Counted from the stretch's first letter, positions 26,775 through 41,070 are shown. The stretch: DNA of 64,000 nucleotides from Octopus sinensis (GCF_006345805.1 NW_021834233.1:1-64000), one strand, 5' to 3'. The notes: a model not told the origin generated them from the sequence alone. Numbers and translations are program-made.

Positions 26775-26830
26775 ATATATATTATACATACGCACAAGCA
26801 CTCAGGCGCGCATATACACTAGTATATGTA
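25230..26830. repeat. TATC/CTAC arrays (25230-25870) and TA-rich array (26318-26830)
   Basis: Directly visible. Confidence 0.9.
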
Positions 26831-27119
26831 AGTATATATATACACTAGTATGTGTATGTATTTAAGCAATGTTTCGTAAAGATATAATAATAAAACAGAG
26901 CGGTAGCTGAGAAAATGGGTTAACACAAGTCTACTTGCAGATATTTTTAATGATTGTATTGAATGTGACTTTGAAGATACCTCCGAAACGATGAGCCTAA
27001 ACACAAGTGAAACTCCGAAATTTCGACCAATAAAATCACTATTTGATAATATATATTCTGTGTGTCGTTGTATGAGCCCAAGCATAATTACATTATGCAA
27101 GAAAGTATATATGTATACA

Positions 27120-27194
<75 letters not shown>

Positions 27195-28233
27195 ATCGTT
27201 ACATCGATGAATGCATGCGTATATGTGCCTAAGCCCAAGAGATAAACAAATACTGTGTACCATGAAAGATTTTAATATTGTATTTCAACTCATCCAGTTG
27301 CTGTCACTCTGCTATTTTCCTTTGGCAAACCTATTTCTCGATATGGTTCAGGATATTATCTTTTCCAACAGAATTTACTCTTATGTCAGCTAGTCGTAGC
27401 TATTTTAATTCTGTAAAGCTAGAATGAAAATTTCACCTTAATCGCTAGACCGTTTTCATCGCTATTTTTTCTGTATTTTTTCTGCTTGATCCACGACAAA
27501 AGACTATATGTATTAAATTGAGATAATCGGATATGACCTGGAAACTAGACTCGTCTGTCCGCCTTCAAACCATGATATATTTTGTTTTATGTACTTACTT
27601 GTCTGTCGGCGCGGAAATTGATCAGACATTCTCAAGTAGTTTATTTGGAATGGTGAATCAATCGGACGACGGTCAACACCAATGTAATTGTCAATTGGAT
27701 TAGCAGACACTCACCCAAATTTACACATGAATACACCAATATACGTATATCCATTTGTACATACATACATACATACGTACATACATACATACATACATAT
27801 TATATATGTATATATGTATGTATTTGTGTATAGCTATTAATTTATCTATCTATCTATAAATCTATCTCTGAGTGTGTGTGTGTCCGTCGGGAGGCTGAAT
27901 GGAGAGAGAGAGAGAGAGAGGGAGCGAAAGAGAGAGAAGGAGAGTGAGGGAGAAGTCTATATTAAAATTCCTCCGAGCGTTTCAATTTTATAGTTGTTCG
28001 GAGCCTTGGAACATATAATCAAAATGCATACAGATGCCCAAACGCAAGAGATCCACCGGAAGCACTTTATGACATTAAGTTACACATAACTATGCTTCAT
28101 CAATTTGGTTGATAATCTACGTGCCGGACTTTCGTGTCTGCATCACCAAAGGTCATGTGTGTGTGTGTGTGTTTGCGTGAGTGTATGCGTGTATGTGTGT
28201 GTACAGATACATAGACGTATCTATCTATCTATA

Positions 28234-28280
<47 letters not shown>

Positions 28281-28313
28281 ATATATATATCTATCTACAC
28301 ACACACACACGCG

Positions 28314-28357
<44 letters not shown>

Positions 28358-30143
28358 GTGGTAAAACCATAGGAGTTCGACTTCTAGCATAATGGATGTT
28401 CACTTAGTGGTCATCCTCTTATATGTATGTAATATAATTTTTCTGAATCTCCAGATTTTTCTATATGCTAGACTACGGGTTTTAAATTGGTATTAATCAA
28501 ATTAATATTCAATTTTTCAGCCTTCGTATTTTAAATATATATATATGTACAGAAGTTTAAAAAAACACGATTTTAGAACGAGTGTCCAATTTTTTTTAAC
28601 TAAAACCCTTTAAAATGTTGTCCCACCATGACTTAATTCCAATAACTTAGACAAGCAATAGGGAGCCATGAGTAAAAAGATTTTCGATAATGTAGTCAGC
28701 AATTTATGCATATATATATAAATTGCTGACTTCACGCACCCCGCCACACACACATATAGATGATAGATCGATAGATAATTGTTGTAGGAGAAGTCTGTAT
28801 ACTTACAACGTAGAACTACAGCCAGGTCATGTCATATGTGTATCCATCCTCTGTGATGAACACTTCAAAATTATCAAAGGCAGTTACAGTTTTGAATTAT
28901 TTTTGGTTTCGAATAAACGTTTTCTCCATAAACGTTTTCGAAATCATCTTTTTTTTAGCTATATTTAAATATCAGCTTTTCACAGTTCTATCGTATATAG
29001 GTTTCTACCTCTAACCACTTGTACCTCTTGATACATGTGGTGGATACTCTCTATTGCTACCCTTCATGTTAATGTAGAGATGTTAAAGGATAGGCTTTAT
29101 ATAGTTTTCTGGTAGTAGTATCGTAAATATGAAAATATACACGTACACGCATACAACTATGTATGTTTGTCCGTATATCGTGTATGTGTGCTCTGGGTGT
29201 GTGTGGTGTATACTCTGTGTGTGTGTGGCGTATGCTCTGTGTGTGTTGTGTGCTTGTGTGCGTATGTACTGTATATGTGGGGTGCTTGTCTGTGTGAGTG
29301 CGGTGTGTCTGTAGTGTGTGAATGTGTGTTTGTGTGTGTGTGCAAATTTATGTGTATATTTACGTCTGTGTTTTACACCAATCGCTGCTTGACACCGTAG
29401 GTTGGTTTGTCTGCGTCCCAGTTGCCTAGCGGTTAGTCTTATAGGCTGATAGAAAAATTACCGAACAAAACAAAAACGAAAGCAAAAAAAAAAAAAAAAT
29501 CAATCTTAGAACTAGTGTCTATTTTTTGTTGTTGACAAAATCTCTTTAATATGTTGTCCAATCATGACTTCATTCCTATAACTGACAGGAGTAACAGACA
29601 GCTCTGAGTAAAAATGGTTTGGATGACGTAGTCAACAATATATGATAGTACAAGTTAGCTTCAAACGAAACAACCAGAAAGCTATTTTAGGCTGACGTTA
29701 TGTAAAAAAGACAACATTTGTCTATCTCCATCACTATCTCATTCGATGAAGAAGAGCAAAAAGCTGAAAAGTGAACTCATTCAAATTCTTAAGATAATTC
29801 AAGTTACAGAAGTTTTATTGAATAAATGAACTTCTTGAACTATTAAGGTTTTTTGAAGTTCAATTAAATGAATAATATTCGTAATAATGAATTCTTGAAC
29901 AATTTAATTAATCCATTTAGAATAATGACATAAACGGTATAAAGAATTATTCTGTAAGGCCAAATTATTCGAGATAATTAATTAGTAATGAGACAAATTA
30001 TTAATTAAATGCTTTTCTAGTAAATGGGTTTTGCATTATTTTTCCAAAACCCGTGATAACTTATACTTATGTATAGATAATAATGCGTCATTTTTTGTTG
30101 AGAAAGAGTAAAGAAACACACAAAAGAAGAAACAAAGAGATAC

Positions 30144-30198
<55 letters not shown>

Positions 30199-30363
30199 AA
30201 CCACACACACACACACATACACACACATACCACACACAAACTCACACATATATATATATACACATATATATATATTTACGTACATATATAACATATATAT
30301 TCATATACATACATATATATTCATATACATACATATATATATATATAATATATATATATATAT

Positions 30364-30412
<49 letters not shown>

Positions 30413-31315
30413 ACATACACACACATATACATACACACATATGTCCACATACTCATATATAATTTTTCTAAATTTTTTGTGTTGATAATACGTAATTTAC
30501 GTGTTTTTGAAAAATAAAAAGATATCGTTAGTAACTCACAGACGCAAACTTACATACAGAAAAACACATACAAACATATATTTATAATGCTATATATATG
30601 TATATATATATGTATGTATATATATATATATAAGTATTTATATATATAAATATGTATGTATATATATATATATATATATGCATATATATCTAGCTACTAC
30701 TGCCTTTCGCATCAAGTAGTTGGCTTGACCACACGTATGTGTTTGTGCTCCGTTTGCCTTCAGGCATTTTTACCACAGCCAGCCCTATACTCAACTCGTC
30801 CTGTCGAAAGACGCTTGTCCTGACGTCCTGGTTTTGTTATGATTGTTTTTACGTTATTTTGTATTTTTATCCGTGCTTTCTTTATTGTTTTTACGTATTT
30901 TTGAATTTTATTTTTTTCGAGTAACATCGTCCGTTTTTCCGTCACCGTGTTGTATACTTTCGAGGTTTTCTTCCAAGGAATCTAATGCGATTGGCTTAGA
31001 TTTCCCTTGGTTGGCTGCCCAGATTGGAGCAATCTCAAGATTAATCAGCCGAAATTGCGAAGATGATCTGGTTCTTGACTGATGACTGAGAGCTTCGAAA
31101 GTCCCGTCTGTGTGTTTTTTTGCCGTCTTCAAAATGTTTCACGTTCTTGTCCCAGTTTGTGTTTTTTTTAACATTTACCTATATATGCATATATATATTT
31201 ATATAAGTATATATGTATATATATATAATATATATATATATATTTATATATGAATATATTATATATATATATATATATATATAGATATATATATGTATAT
31301 ATGTAAATATATGTA

Positions 31316-31386
<71 letters not shown>

Positions 31387-31410
31387 TAATATATATACAT
31401 ACATATGCGA
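30144..31410. repeat. TA-rich microsatellite blocks (30144-30690, 31185-31410)
   Basis: Directly visible; they flank ~480 bp of more complex sequence. Confidence 0.9.
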
Positions 31411-32006
31411 TATAATACCTACAAACAAAATACACACTCACATACATAGCTATATCAGTTCACTTTATGTTCTTCATATAATTGTGAAGACGGAACAGCT
31501 GTGTCAAGCCCCACGCACACACGAACGTACGCACATATGTACGCACGCACCTACGCTCATACCTACGCACTCACAAAGACATATACGCACATGTACACGC
31601 CCCCCTCACGTACGCACATACAAACACACACATGCGCACACGATCACACTTTCGTTTAGAATATATTAGCATGGAAAACACTAGCAGAAATAACAACAAT
31701 GACAGCATAAAAACGATGACTACGCCAAAGTAGTGCCTGTCTATGTTGTCCAGAAATGCGAGAAATAGCAGCCAATGTAAATCATATTCTACTATATTTA
31801 CCTCTCATGAGATGGAGCATCGGGCTTGCTGATGGAACATTGCGTTTGTATTTTACTATATTATATTAAATGATAGACATTATTTTTATAATTTATATCT
31901 TGTTTGATTCAGGCATTTGACTGCGGTCATGCTGGAGCAGTGCTTTACTCTATCTCTTTACACTGTATATATGTATATATACATGCACACACAAACACAC
32001 ATATAT

Positions 32007-32209
32007 AGGAGTGGCTGTGTGGTAAGTAGCTTGCTTACCAACCACATGGTTCCGGGTTCAGTCCCACTGCGTGGCACTTTGGTCAAGTGTCTTCTACTAT
32101 AACCTCGGGCCGAACAAAGCCTTGTGAATGGATCTGTTAGAGGGAAACTGAAAGAAGCCCGTCGTATATATGTATATATATATACATATATATGTATGTA
32201 TGTATGTAT

Positions 32210-32244
<35 letters not shown>

Positions 32245-32452
32245 GCATGTGTGTATATATGTTTGTGTGCCTGTGTTTGTTTCCCCCCACATCGCTTGAT
32301 GCTGGTGTGTTTACGTCCCTGTTCGGCAAAATAGACCGATAGAATAAGTACTAGGCTTACAAAGAATAAGTCCCAGGGTCGATGTGCTCGACTAAAGGCG
32401 GTGCTCCATCATGGCCACAGTCAAATGACAGCAACCAGTAAAAGAGAGAGTA
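32007..32452 (+). mobile_element. tRNA-headed SINE, family 1, full length
   Basis: AGGAGTGGCTGTGTGGTAAGTAGCTTGCTTACCAACCACATGGTTCCGGGTTCAGTCCCACTGCGTGGCAC...GGCGGTGCTCCATCATGGCCACAGTCAAATGAC; colinear with 1621-2028. Confidence 0.92.
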
Positions 32453-32639
32453 AAAACAGTAACACACACATTTACATACATGCATACATAAATACATACA
32501 TACATACATACATACATGCATACATGCATACTTACATACATACATACATACATACATGCATATATACATACATACATACAGGTATGTGTGTATGTATAAT
32601 TAGTCTAATTTTTTAAAAATGCATCCATTTATTTTTGTG

Positions 32640-33090
32640 AAGGAATTGCAATGTCTATAAGAAGACGTTCTCGTTTACCCTGTCACGTCTAATCATATCT
32701 GATCTACGCTTTTCAGTTATTCTGTGTATCTGGTTGTCAAAGTCCTACAGAACTGTTTGCTTAGCAGATTCATTTATAGCTTTTTTTCTGGTACATGATT
32801 GTATTACTTGTCTGAAGTGTTGTATCCATATTTCTTTTTACAAAATGACCTGTGTAAATTGAGACAAACCTTATCAAACGTTGCTTGTCTTCTTTCTGAA
32901 GTAACATTATCCAGTCTTCTACATTATGATCAATATTTTCCATTATCTGATTACATATGCTGCACTTGTTCTTTGATGCGATAGATTAGATATCCTTACT
33001 CAGTAAATTATTGCTTAGAATTTGATCTTGTGCTGCCACAAACAGTCTCTCCGTCTCTCACTTGAATTCTGCATAGCAGAGAAACTCATA
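32640..33090 (-). pseudogene. Old R4/Dong-like non-LTR retrotransposon remnant (zinc knuckle plus restriction-like endonuclease)
   Basis: With stops and frameshifts the minus strand reads ETERLFVAAQDQIL...KCSICNQIMENIDH...DKV...YNHVPE...VL*DFDNQIHRITEKRRSDMI...LIDIAIP, colinear with the younger copy at 43045-43982. Confidence 0.75.
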
Positions 33091-33234
33091 AGTTGAGTCA
33101 TGGTTGCCATATTTTTTGGGTCTCTGTAGAACTACGCATGTAAATTAATTTTCTCTAACACTACATTTCTTTCCAAAATTTTGGTATTTCTCTATAATTT
33201 CTTCTTTCTGTTATATTGTTATAATGACAGTAAA

Positions 33235-33570
33235 GGGTAAAGGGTAAAGAACCCTTTCGGTCATGAGTGACCACAGAATTGCACCGAGAAAGTTTCCCTT
33301 AGAGCCACAAGCCTTTGCAAAGTTGTCGTATGGTATGCATAAGGCATACCAGCCTCCTCTCTCTACGCCACCGATGTTGTCCAAGGGAAAAGAAAAATGC
33401 CGATACAGCTTGGCATCAGAGACGTCGCAACTCATTTCTACAGTTGAGAGAACTGGAGCAACATGAAATAAAGTGCCTAGTTCAAAAACACAACACACAG
33501 CCCGTTACAAGATTCGAACTCACTTCTTCATGAATGTGGCTGCGACTCTCTAACCGGTGAGCCATGCGAC
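33235..33570 (-). mobile_element. SINE family 4 (V-domain-like core) with a different tail
   Basis: Plus strand AACTCATTTCTACAGTTGAGAGAACTGGAGCAACATGAAATAAAGTGCCTAGTTCAAAAACACAAC...GATTCGAACTC matches the core/head at 14700-14800 and 63940-64000. Confidence 0.65.
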
Positions 33571-35665
33571 ACTAGATTTCTCGAATCCTTAAAAGAGAAA
33601 GAATTTGTGAAATTTCTTCCACGTTTTACATTCCGTGTACAATCCCATCGCAATTAACTTTGCCTACCACTCTTTCGGACTTGATAAAACAAAGTACTGA
33701 TTAGAGTACACACTGGAAAATAGTACCACAACCATTCTGCTATGTCTTTCGATTTGTTAATTTGAAAAGTGTCTGGTTCCGCAACATCATCATCGACATC
33801 GCCGCCGCCACCACCACCACCACCTACTACTACTACTACTACTACTAGTAATTTTAAGGGAATGGGTTCATTAATTAATCGATACACGTATTTGATTTTT
33901 TATAAACCATGAAAGGTGGAAAGGAAAATTTGATCTTGGCAGAATTTGAAACCTCAATGCATAAAACGTAAGGCAATTTATTTTCGTACACTCCACCTAT
34001 TTTGCCAATCCAATTATTTCTTTTCGAAAGCAGAAGTCAATTCAATCTCATATGGACTTCAGTCGATCACAGTGATTCCAGTTCAAAACTTGTATTTACT
34101 TTATAGATCACAGAATGAATATCGACTTAGTATAGTATAACGAAATCTCGCAGAACCTCCATTATCAATGGTTATTGCTTGTCCTCCACGTCCTCAGTAA
34201 AATTTGAACACAGTGTGTTAAGAAGTGCAACTTTATATCCAAAGAAGCCATTCAATTTGATTTTCTTATGCTATTTGATATCATGCCAACGCCCTAGTTA
34301 GAAGAATAATGAAATTATACAGAACCTTGTAAAGTGCATTTTCGCTCATTTTCTTTCGCTTTCATTCCTCTTTATCTTCACCACTGTCGTGTTGAAGCTT
34401 ATTTTAAAATTGGTGATGTACAAAAATGTCTTTTTGCGAACTCTAGCTTCAGGGCATTGTGTATACTACAGGGGAGTGCGATAGCACGATGGGAAAGCTT
34501 CTGCAATAGAAGTTACTTTGAATAGTTTTCCTTATATTTACACTTCAGGCAAAAGTGTTTGCGCGTGTATAAACTGCCGAAGGATAGTAACGAAAATCTA
34601 AGTCACAAGTGCCAGTTCAATGTTATTGACGTTACATTTCGGGAGAGATGTAGCTGGTGCTGGCAGCGGTAGTTGTTATGGTGGTGAAGGCGGTTTTTAT
34701 AACGATGGTAGTACTTTTAATAGCGTGGTGATTTTGAGGAATCTGGTGATATTTGAGTAGTCGACAGCGCCTTTGTAATATTACCAGTGAAAGGAATAAA
34801 CTATCAGTGAAATCTAAAGGTATTAGTTGAATAAAAACGAAGAAGCAAACGGACGGAATGGCTTCCAATCAAGAAATGCGTTCATTCAACGAAATAAAAA
34901 GCAAAGAAACACAAAAGATCAATCTACATCTCAATAGACATCACCAAATGGATATCGATAATGTGTGTCTAGTTATTCATTCTCACAAAGTTCGCCCAAC
35001 TGTGCATTAGATATAACACACAGAATTGCAGATCAACGATACAGTCATATGAATTAACAAATTGTATTTATTTCTTTTTTTCATTTCGAGGTTTACAAAC
35101 TATTTCTCACTGGTGACACACTTTTTGAAATGTATGTTTGCGTCACACATTAATTAAGACTTGTTAGCAATTACATTTCTCATCACTTGTTACCAGTCAT
35201 GCGTTTCACAGTACGCCAAAAAAATTATCAATTCTGAAACCTGCTTCACAGCCAATATTCCTAAATAAATTATCAATCTTTACACTTAATTTTGTAAAAT
35301 ATCTCACTGATTATCGGGGACACAGTAGAATTTTGCGATTCGTATTTTGGTAAACATTTGACATTTAATCATTATGCATGTTATTAAGAATAACGACTCA
35401 ATAACGAATATGTCTGATTTGTAAACTTCAAACAACTACCTCTGTTTCGTTCCTGAACGCTTACAGAAAAAAACAACAACAACAACTCAAAACAAACGCA
35501 TTAATGTTAGATTAACTAAGCACAAAATCTCTGCAACTTATAAAGAGAGTGGGTGTGCTAACATCCATTTGTTTTCATTAAAATAAATGAGGAATAAATT
35601 AAATCTGCATAGTTTGAATTGTTAGTGAGAAACATTTATAAGAATACTGAGGAAAATGTAAATGA

Positions 35666-36265
35666 GGCGGCGAGCTGGCAGAAACGTTAGCACGCCGGGC
35701 GAAATGCGTTGCCGTATTTTGTCTGTCGTTACGTTCCGAGTTCAAATTCCGCCGAGGTCGACTTTGCCTTTCATCCTTTCGAGGTCGATAAATTAAGTAC
35801 CAGTTACGCACTGGGGTCAATGTAATCGACTTAATCACTTTGTCTGTCCTTGTTTGTCCCCTCTGTGTTTAGCCCCTTGTGGGTAGTAAAGAAATAGGTA
35901 TTTCGTCTGTCGTTACGTTACGAGTTCAAATTCCGCCGAGGTCGTATTTTGCCTTTCATCCTTCCGGGGTCGATAAATTAAGTACCAGTTACGCACTGGC
36001 GGCGATGTAATCGACTTAATCCCTTTGTCTGTCCTTGTTTGTCCCCTCTGTGTTTAGCCCCTTGTGGGTAGTAAATAAATATGTATTTCGTCTGTCGTTA
36101 CGTTACGAGTTCAAATTCCGCCGAGGTCGGCTTTGCCTTTCATCCTTTCGGGGTCGATAAATTAAGTACCAGTTACGCACTGGCGGCGATGTAATCGACT
36201 TAATCCGTTTGTCTGTCCTTGCGTGTCCCCTCTGTGTTTAGCCCCTTGTGGGTAGTAAAGAAATA
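35666..36265 (+). mobile_element. Trimer of SINE family 3
   Basis: Full head GGCGGCGAGCTGGCAGAAACGTTAGCACGCC at 35666; units restart at 35897 and 36082 at (G/T)GTATTTCGTC. Confidence 0.92.
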
Positions 36266-36489
36266 TATATGTACGTAAAAAATTGGCTTAAACTTGATAT
36301 GCGTAACACAATAGGATAGCGAGATATTTATGCCTTCATAAAAGCATAAACGTAATATGGGAAAACGAAATTGCTCTGTATGTGAATCGAAACCAATCAC
36401 GGATTTTCTAGGTTGTACTACACCAGCAGCATCACAACGTTTGTCTAAAAACTACGACACATTAATGGGGCTGCGAGCTGGCAGAATTG

Positions 36490-36825
36490 TTACTGTACCG
36501 GACAAATGCTTAACAGCATTTCCTCCGACATAACGTTCTGATATCTAATGCCGCCCGGTTCGACTTCGCCTTTTGAGGCGATAAAATAAATACCTATTTC
36601 TTTACTACCCACAAGGGGCCAAACACAGAGAGGACAAACAAGGACAGACAAACGGATCGAGTCGATTACATCGACCCCTGTGCGCAACTGGTACTTAATC
36701 AATCGACCCCGAAAGGATGAAAGGCAAAGTCGACCTCGGCAGAATTTGAACTCAGAACGTAACGGCAGACGAAATACGGCTACGCATTTTGCCCGGCGTG
36801 CTAACGATTCTGCCAGCTCACCGTG
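36490..36825 (-). mobile_element. SINE family 3, one full unit plus a partial unit
   Basis: TATTTCTTTACTACCCACAAGGGGCC...CGTGCTAACGATTCTGCCAGCTCACCG is the reverse complement of the family 3 consensus. Confidence 0.85.
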
Positions 36826-36932
36826 ATAAAATAAATACCATTTGAAGCTTGGGGGTCGATGCAATCAATCTAATCCACCCCACGCCCCGAAATCGGTGAC
36901 CTTGTGCCAAACTTTGATATCAATAAATTTGT

Positions 36933-37260
36933 GGCACTCCGTCGGTTACGACGAAGAGGGTTCCAGTTGATCCGTTGAACGGAACAGCCTGCTCGTGAAA
37001 TTAACGTCTAAGTTCTCGGGAAGATGCAGCGTGACATAGAGTGTGACAAGGCTGGCCCTTTGATATACAGGTACATCAGAAACGATGAGAGAAAGATGCA
37101 GTGAAAGAATATAGCATGGTTCACCAGCACCTCCTGCCGGAGCCTCGTTAAACTAGGTATTTTCGCTCAATAATCACTCACAACGCCCGGTCTGTGAATC
37201 GAAACCGCGATCCTACAACCACCATTCTGCTGCCATAACCACTGGGCCATTTCACCTCCA
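36933..37260 (-). mobile_element. SINE family 2, tail type a
   Basis: GCACTCCGTCGGTTACGACG...GAATCGAAACCGCGATCC...CCACTGGGCCATTTCACCTCC is the reverse complement of 14182-14558. Confidence 0.85.
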
Positions 37261-38067
37261 CACCACTAAATTATGATATAAAAAGAAATATTTGTATCTC
37301 ATAAACACAAAAAGTAAAAAAATGAATTGTTTTTGAAGAGATCTCAAATAAACTAAGCAACAGTAATTAAACTAAAGTCGGCGAAATGGCAGAAGTGTTA
37401 GGACGTCGGCGAAAATCCTTAGCAGAATCCCTCACTTCCCATGTATTTACGATTTTAGTTCAAATCCAACCGCCAAATTTGCCTTTCATCACTTCGAGTT
37501 CGATAAAATAGAATACCACTCAAATACTGAGGCGTTTGAAAACAATTTGTTTCCCCTCGGAAATTGCCTCCCTTGTTATCTGCAATGGACTGGCGTCCGT
37601 TCACGGGTGACCTTATGAGCCCCAGGGCTCAAGGCAGAAAAAGTAAAGAAAAACTGCAGTGAAATATCTGACACTATGAGTCGAAATCATATTGCCAATT
37701 ATATTCAGATCAACTAAAGTATTTGGACGCAGATCGATAAATAAATAAATAAATGGAATAACAATAGGAATTACAAAAAAAATACGTACAAAGGTTTTAA
37801 GTCATGACACTGTAGGAATGAATATGTTATGACGTTTACACTCCTCATAAAAGAAAACAAATCCTTATCGTTTTAAGTCACATCTAAAGTTTAAGAACAA
37901 ACAGCATCTTAGAAATAACAGTCAGTCGTTCTACTTGAAATTATTGATTGCAGTAGTGTTTCATCACGGCTGTTTTATACTTGAAAGATGATGGCGGTTG
38001 TGAGGATGCCGACGATGGTGACGATAAGGATAGTGTTGGGCGGGTGTTGGTGTTGGCGTTGGTGGTG

Positions 38068-38173
<106 letters not shown>

Positions 38174-38178
38174 TAGTG

Positions 38179-38464
38179 TGAAGTATATTTGCCACATAAT
38201 TGTTGCTAACCACTAAATGCGGATGCTACTTTAGCTTGTAGCCCCAGGAGAACATCTTCTCCAGCTGGCTATTGACACACTTTCTGTGCCCTGTCATTAT
38301 TTGCAAAGCTAAACCATCCTTCCCATTGTCGACCTGATGTGATACGCACGGACCCGGGCTTCTGGATATTTATCCGTCGACAGAGCCCGACAATCACCGG
38401 TCTTCGATGCGAAGGGGTCCCAATGCAAATACATATATCCTTTTTCCAGTGACGAAAAGCCACT
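38179..38464. mobile_element. Truncated second copy of the long-TIR MITE
   Basis: GAAGTATATTTGCCAC...GGAGAACATCTTCTCCAGCTGGCTATTGACACACTTTCTGTGCCC matches the arm of 4516-4931. The interior is the reverse complement of 4675-4797. Confidence 0.8.
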
Positions 38465-39144
38465 CGTTCAGAGATTTATTATTGCTTATAGATATGTTGT
38501 TTCAGCTTAAACGTACTTGAAAGAGTACGAGTAGACTTATGACCAAAGCTGTTAAGGTTTTGATGGTCTCCATCCCCACATATTTTTAAGCACTGCGCAT
38601 TCAGCATCACAATTTTCTAACCTATCCTTCTAAGGTTTGTAGAGAAAGTATAGGTTGATTACAGGGTCATTTAACTACTATTTCTTGCAGGTTTTAAACA
38701 TCTTGCAGAGACCTTTTAGTTGGTGTCTTACATCAATGATTTAATCCATTGTAAGACATGACGCAGAGTTGGAATATTAAATGATTATTGGTCTTGTTTA
38801 TTAATATGTCTCTTAATTAACTGTTAAGTTAAGCAAGTTTAAACACTCGAGTAGACCGACACATATTCGATATTGGCTGTAGGCAGGTGCAGCGAAAGCA
38901 AGGTAGATTCTAGTAATATATGAATACAGAGATTAATTTCTATTAATAACTATACCGTAACATAGACAAATACAACTGTGCTTAGTAACATAGAACATAA
39001 ATTCTTGATTTATTGAAGTAATCTCTGACTTCAAAGGATTCATCATAATCATGAGAAGGGGAAAATAAACTCAAAAGCCAAGGATTTTCCATAAATGACA
39101 TATCATTAACGATAAAGACAAGCTGAGTGTCTGGCGATAAGAAG

Positions 39145-39198
39145 GCAGTTGCGGAGACGTGTTTCTGGCGCAATAACCGTCGTCAGAACGACAACTGC
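39145..39198 (-). ncRNA. Degenerate type I hammerhead-like motif
   Basis: Minus strand GCAGUUG UCGUU-CUGACGA-CGGUUAUUGCGCCA-GAAAC-ACGUC-UCCG CAACUGC. Core and distal stem I are present; stem II and the proximal stem I pairs are weak. Confidence 0.35.
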
Positions 39199-40042
39199 TT
39201 GGTCTTAACTCCGGTGGCCAAAGAACTTAGAATTATATAATAAATATTGAAAAACAATTATGGTAATAAGCATACTTGAAACAAAAATAAGCAAAGAGAC
39301 AGTTCTTTTATTTCGACGTAGAGCGTATCATAAATTATATCGACACAAATTTTTGACTGGTTAATATGTTATAGATATAGAAGGAAAGAGAGAATAATGA
39401 TAGACGCTTACGACACTGAGTATTTGAGCTTAGAACTTTACGTAAGGAAACACACTGAAACATTTTGCCAGGCGCTCTAACAAATGCGCCATCTTCCGCC
39501 GTTAAGTTTCATAATTCACTTCTTATACAGGTCACAGAAGCCACGAATTTTGAGAAAACCGCTTAATCGATTAAGCTGACATCAGTAATTGAATAATAGT
39601 TATTCCAACGAAGCCTGAAGAAAGAAAGTCAAAGGCAATCTCGGCGTTATTTAAACATATAGCGTAAATTGATTTAACTAAGTACGACAATGCACTCTGC
39701 TACTCAGTATTCTCAAAGTAAGTTTCATATTCATTAGGTTACCTCGTCCGCTAATGAAGGACCTTGTCTCAAGAGGTACATCCATCTAAAAACAGTATTT
39801 CTTAATTTATAGTGGCGGTTTGGAACAAACGGTTTTTCTTTGGTAGTCCATTTACTTTCGCCAATATCAAACGTAAGTGAATTTTCTACGATAAAAATAA
39901 TTGACTTACATTTCGAACCGATGTTCACCAGTAAACCTTTCAATTTCCAAACCATACAACATCGTTGTATAAGAATGATATATATATATATATATGTACA
40001 TGTGTATGCATATTTGAGTGTGTATGTGTGTGGGTACACACA

Positions 40043-40086
<44 letters not shown>

Positions 40087-40214
40087 TTTTGTCATATAGA
40101 TACAATGAAAATTATATACACATATGCATCATTTTATATAAATAAGGATAAGGTCGTTATTTAAATATCGAACTTATCAAGTGGCCTGCCAGGGAATAAA
40201 AACCTTCATAGGTA

Positions 40215-40403
40215 ATAATTATTGAAATTATAATTTAAGGTTTCTAAGTGATACCACCACGCTTGAAATAGCAGCCAAAACTTGACTCTAAAACCACATT
40301 AAAAAATTAAAACTTTTAATGTGGTTTTAGAATCAAGTTTTGGCTGCTATTTCAAGCGTGGTGGTATCTCTTAGATACCCTAAATTATAATTTTAATAAT
40401 TAT
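40215..40403. mobile_element. 189-bp near-perfect palindrome (hairpin MITE-like)
   Basis: Arms 40215-40304 and 40314-40403 (GATACCACCACGCTTGAAATAGCAGCCAAAACTTGA / TCAAGTTTTGGCTGCTATTTCAAGCGTGGTGGTATC) with a 9-nt loop. Confidence 0.85.
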
Positions 40404-40689
40404 GCATAATTGTATATATATATAAGTTTGTGCAAACAATGGCATAAACTCTTGTCAATTCTAAATCAAAGTAAAAAAATGAATTTAATGGACGGAATTC
40501 GGCATAAATTATTACGAAACAGATATCGCTGTAAATAATTCAGTATTTTGTTCGTTAATGAAGCACAAATTTCGGAAGTGAAATAGAGAAAACAAAAAGA
40601 CAATCATAACAACATTATCAACATCATCATCACCATCGTATTTACTAATTATGATCATGACAAAATTAGTATCATGGTCATTTCTCTTA

Positions 40690-41070
40690 TTTTTTTTATT
40701 TTTCAAACATTTAACAAATCATTATCATTATCATTTTGGTCGTCGTCGTCGTCGTCATCATCATCGTCGTCATCATCCTCATCAACTTCATCCTCCTCCT
40801 CCTCATCATCATCATAATCATCAACATCCTCCTTCTCCTCCTCCTCCTCCTCCTCCTCCTCATCATCATCATCATCATCTTCGTTGTCGTCATCGTTGCC
40901 ATCATCATAACCGTCGTCCTTATTATCGTCTTGATTGTCATCGTATATATCGTCAACCTCGTCGTCACCATCATCATCATCATCGTTTCGTCATCAGTAT
41001 CAACGGCCTCGTAATCATTATCATCAGCATCATCGTCATCATCGTCATCATCACCATCATCATCATCATA

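Noticed and set aside
31010-31105. CTGATGA...CGAAAG and CAGCCGAAA motifs suggesting a hammerhead
   Set aside because: No consistent stems I, II and III could be drawn.
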